Shown here: piece after piece, positions 41,949 through 50,920 of the stretch
Layout: the number at the start of each line of letters is the position of its first letter
Position numbering within the stretch: the first letter of the stretch is position 1
Assembly: GCA_963662945.1 (NCBI GenBank)
Contig: OY759974.1
Span: 224,001 to 288,000 of the forward strand
Length of the DNA stretch: 64,000 bases
Source: Arcobacteraceae bacterium
GTDB lineage: Bacteria; Campylobacterota; Campylobacteria; Campylobacterales; Arcobacteraceae
Direction of reading: 5' to 3'
Notes under the pieces: model-generated
The model's input: the letters and a program-made list of their open reading frames with translations, nothing else
What the model was told of the DNA's origin: nothing
The model's database searches: none
Made by a program: the position numbers and the translations under genes

Positions 41949-42353
41949 TTATGATGCTAAAAAATAGGTATCTTCATTATATTCTAATTGATCATTTAGA
42001 TCATTTTGTTCTAATAAATAATCTAAACTAAAAATATTTTCATCTTTATAATTATTTGATTCTAATTCATTTGATTCAAATATTACTGTTGAAATATCAA
42101 CACCTTCAAGATTTACATTTGAGAGATCACAACCTTCTAAAATAGTATTATTTAAAGTTGAACCTTTTAAATTTGCTCCTGATAAATTACAATAAGATAA
42201 ATCTGCACCTGTTAAATTACAATTTGATAAATCACAATTTGAAAGATCACTTCCAATAAATTTTGAACCTGTTAGATTTGTGTTTTTAAATGAAGTACCT
42301 CTGAAATTTACACACATAAATTCTTTTTTATTTGTTTTAATATTAATTGACAT
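41949..42353 (-). CDS. Pentapeptide-repeat protein with acidic tail
   Basis: (A/C/S)(D/N)L(S/T)x repeats. Confidence 0.9.
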   Translation of the reverse strand: MSINIKTNKKEFMCVNFRGTSFKNTNLTGSKFIGSDLSNCDLSNCNLTGADLSYCNLSGANLKGSTLNNTILEGCDLSNVNLEGVDISTVIFESNELESNNYKDENIFSLDYLLEQNDLNDQLEYNEDTYFLAS

Positions 42354-42465
42354 AATTTTGTTTCCTTTGATTTTTTATTTGATCAAATTATTTTGATCTT
42401 ACCTTGTTATAGTATTGAGTAGATAATAATTATTAATATTTTTTATTAAAGAGGTTAAAACCCCT

Positions 42466-43122
42466 TTATTTAGATAATTTTTCTTTTATATTTGATATAT
42501 CATAGTTTTTTATCATTTGATCAGCATTTTTAAAATCATTATCTAATACATAAGATAGCCATTGTTTAAATTTTGGATTATCTTTGTTTGTATTCTTGAA
42601 AAAGTTTTTAGCTACTTTTGAAGATGTATAAGGGTTACTGATACCCATTGAGCTGTAATAAGCCATTTGATCAACTAAATGATTGAATATACTGTTATTT
42701 GCACTTATTTGAGTAGTAAATGTAAAAAATTGATATAAAAGATTAATATCTTTGTTTTTTTGATATTCATTGTAAATATGTTTTACATATAAATTAAAAT
42801 TGATACAAAATTTTTGATCAGAAAAATCTTCTATTATTTTATTCTCATAATTTGATAATGCCATTTCACAATATTTAATATTAGTATTTTTATAATAACT
42901 ATCAATAGAATCAATTTTATTAACAGAATTTTCTAATACTGTAATAAGTGTATTATCAAAATCTTTCAAACTATCTTTGTGATGTTTTTGTTTATTTATA
43001 TCTGTAATTATTAGTGATATTATGATAGAAGTAATTAAGGTAACAAATACAACTTTACTTGTTACAACTTTGAGTGTTTTTTTTATTATGTTGATTATAT
43101 TATTTAATATTTTATCTTGCAT
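42466..43122 (-). CDS. Membrane-anchored paralogue of the secreted family
   Basis: TM anchor; FC..FNLYVKHIYNEYQKNKDINLLY and NPKFKQWLSYVL..DF..AD; start at the RBS-preceded MQDK. Confidence 0.7.
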   Translation of the reverse strand: MQDKILNNIINIIKKTLKVVTSKVVFVTLITSIIISLIITDINKQKHHKDSLKDFDNTLITVLENSVNKIDSIDSYYKNTNIKYCEMALSNYENKIIEDFSDQKFCINFNLYVKHIYNEYQKNKDINLLYQFFTFTTQISANNSIFNHLVDQMAYYSSMGISNPYTSSKVAKNFFKNTNKDNPKFKQWLSYVLDNDFKNADQMIKNYDISNIKEKLSK

Positions 43123-43235
43123 AATTTTTTCCTTTAAATTTGATTTTAGAAAACTTGTTTCTATAAAATTGTTATAAGAAAAAAACAATAGATCTCATTA
43201 AAAATGAATTACAAAAAAACAGGGAAAAACCCTGA

Positions 43236-43544
43236 TTATATTCCTTCAATATTTATAATTGAAGCACCTTTATTAATATTTGTTAAGTTTGCATTGGTTA
43301 GATTTGTATTTGATAAATCAGTATTTATAATAATTGCACCTGTAAGATTCACCTCTGATAAATTTGCTCCTGATAAATTTGCTCCTGTGAGATTCACATT
43401 TGACATATTTGCTCTTGATAAAATTGCATTTGAAAGGTTTGCCCTTGATAAATTTGAACCTGATAAATTTACATTTGATAAATTTTTAAAACTAAAATCT
43501 TTACCACTTAAATCCATACCACTTAGATCAATAGTTGTTTTCAA
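43236..43544 (-). CDS. Pentapeptide-repeat protein
   Basis: ANLSG/ANLT repeats. Confidence 0.9.
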   Translation of the reverse strand: MKTTIDLSGMDLSGKDFSFKNLSNVNLSGSNLSRANLSNAILSRANMSNVNLTGANLSGANLSEVNLTGAIIINTDLSNTNLTNANLTNINKGASIINIEGI

Positions 43545-43671
43545 TTGAAATCCTTTATGATAGATTGTTGAACTTAATCAACTATTGTGTTATAAGTAAA
43601 ATTTAGCTTAAAACTGTTTTTAGTTATTTGTGATCAAGTAGTTATATATTTTTTTGATTTTTAAAAGTAAT

Positions 43672-43827
43672 TAAAAAAGGTAAATACCATTTATATATAT
43701 TATTATTACTCTATGTAAATGAAAAACCCAAAAGGTTACAAAAATGCTATGAAGCATTTTTTCCACCATTTGATAAATTTGTTATGGAATAATGAATTGA
43801 TAAGTGTTTTGAACTTTATCTTTATAT
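43672..43827. repeat. Non-coding repeat module (inverted hairpin copy), near-identical to 62494-62649
   Basis: 156 bp with about 1 mismatch; contains AAAAATGCT-ATGA-AGCATTTTT. Confidence 0.9.
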
Positions 43828-43917
43828 GTCTTAAATTGATTATTGTATCTTAATAAGAACAATTGAAAATCTTGAAAAGTTTCAACTACATTTTATAAGT
43901 TGAGTTGAATTGATTTA

Positions 43918-44187
43918 TTATTCTAAATGAGAATATGAATTTAATATTCTAACAATTTCTTCATCATTATTATTATCAGCAATTCTATTTTGAATTTTAT
44001 GAGAAGTATGAACTGGTTTTTTATCATCTTTTTCCCATTTTTTTATTTGTTCTTTAATTTCTGCTCCAAGAAGCATTCCCCCAACAAAATGAACTACTCC
44101 AACAACTGCATATTTAGCTAATTCATTAGCTTGTATATTGGTTGATAATATTAATATTACTAATATTGATGTTGTAATCTTTTTCAT
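43918..44187 (-). CDS. Secreted or membrane hypothetical protein
   Basis: Signal peptide plus glycine-rich hydrophobic helix. Confidence 0.65.
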   Translation of the reverse strand: MKKITTSILVILILSTNIQANELAKYAVVGVVHFVGGMLLGAEIKEQIKKWEKDDKKPVHTSHKIQNRIADNNNDEEIVRILNSYSHLE

Positions 44188-44401
44188 AAATATCCTTCTT
44201 ATTGATATTATAGTTTATTTTAGTATTTTTTTCAATATTGAACTTAATATTTATTATGATTTTAGTGTTATTTGATTAATTTTATAAGGTTTTTCATATG
44301 AAAAAACAAATAAAGGTGTAATTACTGGTTTTAATATTATTTTGAGTTTTAGAGCATATTTAGTTTTTCAATAATAACTTATATTTTCTATCAATATTAA
44401 T

Positions 44402-44648
44402 TAAAGTTGTTGAAACTTTTCAAGATTTTTAATTATCCTTGTGAAAAAACTTTATAGTAATTGAGTATCTGAATAAAGTTGTTGGGATAAGCCAATCTAT
44501 TCTATTATCCTTGTGAAGAGAGTATTGCCAAATACTTAAATATTATCATAGAGATATGAAATATTTTTCTGATCAAAAAAACAAACCAAATAATCCTCAA
44601 TGGTGGAAAAAATGCTTCATAGCATTTTTGTAACCTTTGGTTTGTTCT
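44402..44648. repeat. ~250-bp non-coding repeat module, copy A
   Basis: Near-identical to 48410-48658 and partly to 60071-60250. Confidence 0.9.
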
Positions 44649-44674
44649 TAATAATAAAAGTATAGACTTCAAAA

Positions 44675-45657
44675 TAATAAACTGAAATATTCAACAAATA
44701 AAATTTAATCAAAATTCAATCAGATTTTCTTTTATAAAAAAATTTTACAACTTTTGGAAACTGGAAAATGCAACAAATGAAATTTCTATGCCTTTTATAT
44801 ACTATTTATTGGGTATGTTCAAAATTATTGCCTTCTCTATCTCAACAAAAGGAAAGTAGTTAAAAAAAAGGTGGTAAAAATATCCAACTTAAATATGAAA
44901 AGGTGGTAAAAATGTCCAACTTAAATTTAACTTAAACTTAATTTATTCAATTTTCTTATGTTTAATAAACTGAAATATTCAACAAATAAAATTTAATCAA
45001 AATTCAATCAGATTTTCTTTTATAAAAAAATTTTACAACTTTTGGAAACTGGAAAATGCAACAAATGAAATTTCTATGCCTTTTATATACTATTTATTGG
45101 GTATGTTCAAAATTATTGCCTTCTCTATCTCAACAAAAGGAAAGTAGTTAAAAAAAAGGTGGTAAAAATATCCAACTTAAATATGAAAAGGTGGTAAAAA
45201 TGTCCAACTTAAATTTAACTTAAACTTAATTTATTCAATTTTCTTATGTTTAATAAACTGAAATATTCAACAAATAAAATTTAATCAAAATTCAATCAGA
45301 TTTTCTTTTATAAAAAAATTTTACAACTTTTGGAAACTGGAAAATGCAACAAATGAAATTTCTATGCCTTTTATATACTATTTATTGGGTATGTTCAAAA
45401 TTATTGCCTTCTCTATCTCAACAAAAGGAAAGTAGTTAAAAAAAAGGTGGTAAAAATATCCAACTTAAATATGAAAAGGTGGTAAAAATGTCCAACTTAA
45501 ATTTAACTTAAACTTAATTTATTCAATTTTCTTATGTTTAATAAACTGAAATATTCAACAAATAAAATTTAATCAAAATTCAATCAGATTTTCTTTTATA
45601 AAAAAATTTTACAACTTTTGGAAACTGGAAAATGCAACAAATGAAATTTCTATGCCT
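44675..45657. repeat. Tandem array of a 288-bp unit (3.4 copies), each full unit with two iteron-like repeats
   Basis: Units start at 44675, 44963, 45251 and 45539; AAAAGGTGGTAAAAAT(A/G)TCCAACTTAAAT twice per unit with a 32-bp period. Confidence 0.92.
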
Positions 45658-45741
45658 GCTTTCATAAACATATATTCATTGGCTTTTTTTAAAATCATCA
45701 CCTGAACCTTAACAAAAGCTCTCACAAATGATTGGATTTTT

Positions 45742-45830
45742 AAAAATGTGTAACTTTGGGTGAGTCCAAATATCAAAAATGTGTAACTTTGGGTGAGTGC
45801 TAATATTGCCCTAAATATCAAAAATGTGTC
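45742..45830. repeat. Second iteron-like set upstream of rep
   Basis: AAAAATGTGTAACTTTGGGTGAGT twice plus a partial third. Confidence 0.75.
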
Positions 45831-46020
45831 AAAAAAAGTGAAAGTTCTTGCTGTTTAGTGTAAATACTTAAATTTAACTTAAACTTAAAGAAATTTTAAA
45901 TTTTATTAAAAAAGTGGTAAAAATAATTGAAATTTACCTCCAAATAATATATATTATAAGAAATATACTTATAACAAAGTAGATATTAAAAAAATATAAA
46001 TAAATTTTAAAGGAAAAAAA

Positions 46021-47067
46021 TTGAATAATAAATTTACACATAGTATGAATTGTTTGCTTCCACAAGAACAAAATAGATTTAATAAACCAAATGTATTAAT
46101 TAAGTCACAATTATCACAAGCAATAACTCATAAAGAATCTGAAGTATTTTCAGTATTAGTTAGGATGTTGTTAATAACTGAAAGAAGTAATTTTGATTTA
46201 GTAACTGATTATGATTTAAATTGTGATTATGCAGATATAAATAATTTTATGTCTGATAATCATACATCAAAAGATATTAGAAAAATTCTTGAAAAATTAT
46301 TAAATACAACAATCAGATTTAATTATATACATAATGGTAAATGTAGAATTAGAAATACAAAAATAATTACAGCATATGAAGATAGTAAAGGGAGATATGA
46401 TAAAGCAAGTATCTCATTTGATCATAAACTAATAAAAGTATTAATTGAAAAGGTATATCCATATACAAAATTAAATGAAATTGAGCAATATAAATTATCT
46501 AATATATATTCAACAACTTTTTATGAGTATTTTAAATTAGCTCTTGGTAATAAATTGAGCAATATAAAGTATTTTTCAGAATCAGAATTAAGAAAAAAGT
46601 TTTTTTTAGAAAATAAATACAAAAATATTAAAGAGTTTAATAAGTTTGTAATTAAAAAAGCTTTAACTGAAATAAATAGTCACACATCATTAAATATTGA
46701 ATATAAAGTTGAAAAAGATGAAATATCAAATGAAAGAATATATAAATTTAAAATTGAAGATATTCCTATGACTGAAAATATTTTAAATATTTCAGAATTT
46801 AAAAATCTGATCAAAAATATGTCTAAAAAAAATAGAGAAATTATTTATAAATATAGAAATAATAACTATTATCTTGGTGAACAATTAGACTTTTATGCTA
46901 CAGGAAAAATACTTTGGATTATTGAAAATAGTGATAAAACAACTTCAAAAATTATTGCTACTAAAATTTGGAATAATCTTTATAAAGAATATTTACAAAA
47001 TAGTGAGCAGTTTGCTGAAAAATATTATGATTTATCATATAAAGAATTATTAGAGGATGGAAAATAA
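46021..47067 (+). CDS. Plasmid replication initiator (Rep_3/RepB-like)
   Basis: KPNVLI, LSNIYSTTFYE, ELRKKF..Y..FNKFVIKKALTEINSHTSLNIEY; iterons upstream. Confidence 0.8.
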   Translation: MNNKFTHSMNCLLPQEQNRFNKPNVLIKSQLSQAITHKESEVFSVLVRMLLITERSNFDLVTDYDLNCDYADINNFMSDNHTSKDIRKILEKLLNTTIRFNYIHNGKCRIRNTKIITAYEDSKGRYDKASISFDHKLIKVLIEKVYPYTKLNEIEQYKLSNIYSTTFYEYFKLALGNKLSNIKYFSESELRKKFFLENKYKNIKEFNKFVIKKALTEINSHTSLNIEYKVEKDEISNERIYKFKIEDIPMTENILNISEFKNLIKNMSKKNREIIYKYRNNNYYLGEQLDFYATGKILWIIENSDKTTSKIIATKIWNNLYKEYLQNSEQFAEKYYDLSYKELLEDGK

Positions 47068-47069
47068 TT

Positions 47070-47495
47070 ATGACTTTACATCAATACAAAACAATACTTC
47101 ATAATGAATTTTCTGATCAAATTAATGCAGAAGTTTTTTTTGAATTATTAAGAATACAAGAATCATCTTTTGAATTAAGTTTATTAATTCCATTTTTAGA
47201 GATACCTAATAAATATAATATTTACTCATCATATAAAGATATTCAAGATTGTACATCTTTGAATATGTCATTTGAAAATTTTGAAAAAATAATTATTAAA
47301 TTATTAAATAAAAAATTCAAATTTCAATATATAAGTTCTGATGGTACAGAAATAATAACAAGGAACATTAATTTTGTAACTAAATATGAAAAAGAAATGA
47401 TAAAAGGTGAAGAAATACTAAAAATTTACTTTGATCCAAAATTTCTTGAAATATATATGAATATGATATTTATTCCTTTGAAAAAATCTGAATAA
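47070..47495 (+). CDS. Rep_3 WH1-like small protein
   Basis: Resembles the N-terminal half of the upstream Rep (IIKLLNKKFKFQYI...IYFDPKF vs LEKLLNTTIRFNYI...ISFDHKL). Confidence 0.5.
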   Translation: MTLHQYKTILHNEFSDQINAEVFFELLRIQESSFELSLLIPFLEIPNKYNIYSSYKDIQDCTSLNMSFENFEKIIIKLLNKKFKFQYISSDGTEIITRNINFVTKYEKEMIKGEEILKIYFDPKFLEIYMNMIFIPLKKSE

Positions 47496-47675
47496 ATTCA
47501 ATTATTAATCCTATTTTAATCCCCCTCACCTTCTCTTTTTGGGAAGGTTTTTTTATGCCTAACAAATTTTCAAATTTCTTCTAAAAACCCCTTTAAAATG
47601 GCTCTGAGAAGTGTTTTTTTATTGATTCTGAATTTTTCTATATATAACAAAGTATAACACTTAAAGGACTATACT

Positions 47676-48305
47676 ATGTTAAAGCTAACAGAAACTAAAA
47701 TCATAAATAATAAAAATCTAACTGGTGAATTTGAAAAATTTCAAAATTCTGAAACATATAAACATACTGAAAGAGTTGCTTATCACTCTCATATCATAGC
47801 AAAAAAATTAGGAATGACTGAAAAAGAATCTCAAAGAATTTTTGATATTGCTCCTTATCATGATTTTGGTAAAATGGTAATTGATGAAAATATTCTTTAT
47901 AAAGAATCTCAATTAACAGATGAAGAATTTAATATCATAAAATCTCATGCAACTCTTGGTTATGAAATTTTAAAAGATAATAATCATGACTTTTTTGATG
48001 AATGTGCTATTGTTGCTCACCAACATCATGAAAAATGGAATGGTACTGGTTATCCTAATAATTTAAAAGGTGAAGATATTCATATCTCTTCAAGAATTGT
48101 TGCTGTTGCAGATGTTCTTGATGCTTTAATCTCTAAAAGAGCTTATAAAAAAGCTTGGTCTCCTAAAGAAATTATTTTACATTTTGAAAAAGAAAAAAAT
48201 GTTTCTTTTGATCCTATTGTTGCTAAAACTGTTATTGAAAACTTCTCTGAATTTAATCACCAAAATCAAAAATTACACCATTTACAAACTTTAACAAATA
48301 TATAA
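47676..48305 (+). CDS. Stand-alone HD-GYP phosphodiesterase
   Basis: HTERV, HDFGK, HHEKWNGTGYP, VAVADVLDAL..RAYK. Confidence 0.92.
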   Translation: MLKLTETKIINNKNLTGEFEKFQNSETYKHTERVAYHSHIIAKKLGMTEKESQRIFDIAPYHDFGKMVIDENILYKESQLTDEEFNIIKSHATLGYEILKDNNHDFFDECAIVAHQHHEKWNGTGYPNNLKGEDIHISSRIVAVADVLDALISKRAYKKAWSPKEIILHFEKEKNVSFDPIVAKTVIENFSEFNHQNQKLHHLQTLTNI

Positions 48306-48409
48306 TTTTCTGATAATTAGCTTTAATTACAACCTTCTCTTAACAGGGAAGGTTTTTTTATGTCTAATTTTTCCTGATTAAATAAATCTAATCTATTATC
48401 AAATCTAAA

Positions 48410-48658
48410 TAAAGTTATTGAAACTTTTCAAGCTCTTTCATTATCCTTGTGAAAAAAACTTTATAGTAATTGAGTATCTGAATAAAGTTGTTGAAACAAG
48501 CCAAGATTTTTAATTATCCTTGTGAAGAGAGTATTGCCAAATACTTAAATATTATCATAGAGATATGAAATATTTTTCTGATCAAAAAAAACAAACCAAA
48601 TAATCCTCAATGGTGGAAAAAATGCTTCATAGCATTTTTGTAACCTTTGGTTTGTTCT
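48410..48658. repeat. ~250-bp non-coding repeat module, copy B
   Basis: Near-identical to 44402-44648. Confidence 0.9.
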
Positions 48659-48750
48659 CTTTAAAAATAGTTTTTTAATATTTTTTATTAATTCAATACT
48701 ATAACCCAATAGATCAATTGATCAAATAAAAATACAAAGGAAAACTGGTT

Positions 48751-48885
48751 ATGAATACAACATTAAAAATATATGGAACATTAGATTTTACTAAGGATAA
48801 TATATTTGAAAAGGATTCTTTTCATTTATTAGATTTTATGCCAATATTTATTGAAGATACTGAAATAATGAGAGGTATAAAATAA
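48751..48885 (+). CDS. Small ORF, 44 aa (MNTTLKIYGTLDF...)
   Basis: Not in the ORF track; AAGGA RBS; TAATG coupling to the next gene. Confidence 0.55.
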   Translation: MNTTLKIYGTLDFTKDNIFEKDSFHLLDFMPIFIEDTEIMRGIK

Positions 48886-49277
48886 TGGATAAACTGATAA
48901 CTGCAATATTTCTTTTAAGTCCATCTTTATTACTTGTTATTTATTTACAAATGCAACAAACTCAAAAACTTGATAATCAAGTTGATAATACAAAAATTGA
49001 ATTCAAAAAAGATCAACATAAATTTGATGAAGATTTTTATTTTGAGAAAAGTCAATTTTCAGATAATAAAGAAGCAAAAGAATATTATCTTAATAAATCA
49101 AAAGATGCTCAATCTAAATTATTAAAAATTGAAGAAGCTAAGAAAAAAGCTGAACTTGAAGCAAAAAAACTTAAAGAAAAAAGTCAAAAAACTTTTGAAA
49201 AATTAGAAAAATCTATCAATGATTTAGATAGTAAAAAAATGGATAGTGAATTTGATAATGATAATTTTGATTTTTAA
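48885..49277 (+). CDS. Membrane-anchored coiled-coil protein
   Basis: N-terminal TM, K/E-rich helix. Confidence 0.65.
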   Translation: MDKLITAIFLLSPSLLLVIYLQMQQTQKLDNQVDNTKIEFKKDQHKFDEDFYFEKSQFSDNKEAKEYYLNKSKDAQSKLLKIEEAKKKAELEAKKLKEKSQKTFEKLEKSINDLDSKKMDSEFDNDNFDF

Positions 49278-49362
49278 CAATTATATTAAAAAAAAACTAT
49301 AACAAGGTGGTGATAGATTAAATTCTATCCCAACAAATTTTAAAAATAAAAGGAAACAAAAT

Positions 49363-49773
49363 ATGTTTGGACAAAATAAATATACAAATGAATCAACTGA
49401 AACAAAAGAAGTTGAAGTAAAACAGGAAGTTAAACAAACTGTTGAAGAAAAAGTTGCTGAAGCTAAAAAAGTTGAAAATAAATCAACTAAAAATGAAACA
49501 AGATTAGAATCTTTACAAAGAAAATTGAAAGATGCTGAAGCTAAAAGAAATGATGATGAAAAAATCATCAAAGAGGATGCTAAATCAAAAATTGATGTAG
49601 TGAAAGAAAGATTTTATAAAGAAAAAGAAAGATTAGAAAAACTGATCAAAGTTGAAACTGATAAATCTGATAAAAAAACTGGTAATGAGTTAAGAGATAT
49701 TGCTGATAAATTAGGTCTTTCAGTTGATGAATTATTAGCTAATCTTGAAAAGAAAGCTGAAAAAGCAAACTAA
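49363..49773 (+). CDS. Charged coiled-coil hypothetical protein
   Basis: RBS; C-terminal ELRDIADKLGLSVDELL. Confidence 0.65.
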   Translation: MFGQNKYTNESTETKEVEVKQEVKQTVEEKVAEAKKVENKSTKNETRLESLQRKLKDAEAKRNDDEKIIKEDAKSKIDVVKERFYKEKERLEKLIKVETDKSDKKTGNELRDIADKLGLSVDELLANLEKKAEKAN

Positions 49774-49802
49774 GAAGTTTTACTTCTTAGGAAAGGATAA
49801 AT

Positions 49803-50705
49803 ATGAAAAATCTAATAATAAGTTTTTGTTTATTATTTAGTGTTAATGTGTATGCCCTTGATATGACAAGTGGTAATACTGTTGATGAAAATTTTAAAGA
49901 AGATAAACAAGAAAGTGATAAAAGAAATAGAAATCTTTCTTCTTCTGAAGAAAAATCAAAAACAAGAACAACTTCAGATGAAATATCTAATGCAAATTCT
50001 ACTGATTTAAAACTAATTGGACACCATGATGCACTAATTGTTCTTATGGCACTTGAAAAAGCAAATATTGAACCTTTCAAATCTTGTGAAATATTAACAA
50101 AACCAAGATTATTAGATGATTTTGGATTGGGTTGTAAAAGTTGGAATGGAATGATTAATTCAAATAGATGTTCTGCATTAGAAGAAGCAGGAAAAGCAAA
50201 TTTAACAGTTGAAAATCTGATTGATACAACACTTGTTGATAATCCAATAGATTTTAGAGAATTTACAGCTTGTGTTGGTTTATATGGTGCATTAATTGCT
50301 CAATCATTAAAAGAAGGAACTTTTGATGTTCAATTAAAAGATGAAGAATTAAAAGATCAATATTTATCACTTAATGATTCAATTGAATTTGATGAATGTA
50401 GATTAGATGGATCAGTATCAAATATTACTTGTGGTGAAACTACAATTAAAATAGGAGCAAATCCATCACTTACTTATGGTTCTATCCCTTTATATAGTGA
50501 TAGTGTTTATTATGGTTATTCATTAAGTATTAATGATAATAAAAGTAAGAAAAATTCTGAAACATTTAGTAAATCTAAATCTAAAAAAAGAAGTGAAGCA
50601 AATTCTCTTGCTAAAACTATTACTAATAATAAAACTTTAGGTATTTCAACTGCTAAAAATAGTGGTGTAAATATTGGTTTGAGTAAATTCTTACCTAATA
50701 AATAA
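49803..50705 (+). CDS. Secreted Cys-containing hypothetical protein
   Basis: Signal peptide, several Cys, S/K-rich ends. Confidence 0.7.
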   Translation: MKNLIISFCLLFSVNVYALDMTSGNTVDENFKEDKQESDKRNRNLSSSEEKSKTRTTSDEISNANSTDLKLIGHHDALIVLMALEKANIEPFKSCEILTKPRLLDDFGLGCKSWNGMINSNRCSALEEAGKANLTVENLIDTTLVDNPIDFREFTACVGLYGALIAQSLKEGTFDVQLKDEELKDQYLSLNDSIEFDECRLDGSVSNITCGETTIKIGANPSLTYGSIPLYSDSVYYGYSLSINDNKSKKNSETFSKSKSKKRSEANSLAKTITNNKTLGISTAKNSGVNIGLSKFLPNK

Positions 50706-50794
50706 TCCTCACTTTTATAGTGGGGATCTTCCCCCTCACTTCAATATTTTATATTACAAAACAAGTTGAAACAAAACCAACCAAAGGAACAACT

Positions 50795-50905
50795 ATGACT
50801 AAACAAGATTTATTAAAAGAAAAAGAAATTGAATTGTATAAAATTCAAAAACAAATAGATTTGCTTTTTAAAAAACTAAAATTTGAATTAAAAAAAATTT
50901 ATTAA
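50795..50905 (+). CDS. Small ORF, 36 aa, upstream of the relaxase
   Basis: AAGGA RBS before MTKQDLLKEKE. Confidence 0.5.
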   Translation: MTKQDLLKEKEIELYKIQKQIDLLFKKLKFELKKIY

Positions 50906-50920
50906 TTAAAGGAAAAAATT

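Noticed and set aside
41949-43544. Calling the pentapeptide genes qnr
   Set aside because: Too short and no Qnr-specific features recognisable
44675-45657. 288-bp array as a CRISPR array
   Set aside because: The whole unit repeats identically, there are no unique spacers, and no cas genes are present
48885-50705. Assigning VirB/Tra names to the genes upstream of the relaxase
   Set aside because: Position is suggestive, but I recognise no diagnostic motifs
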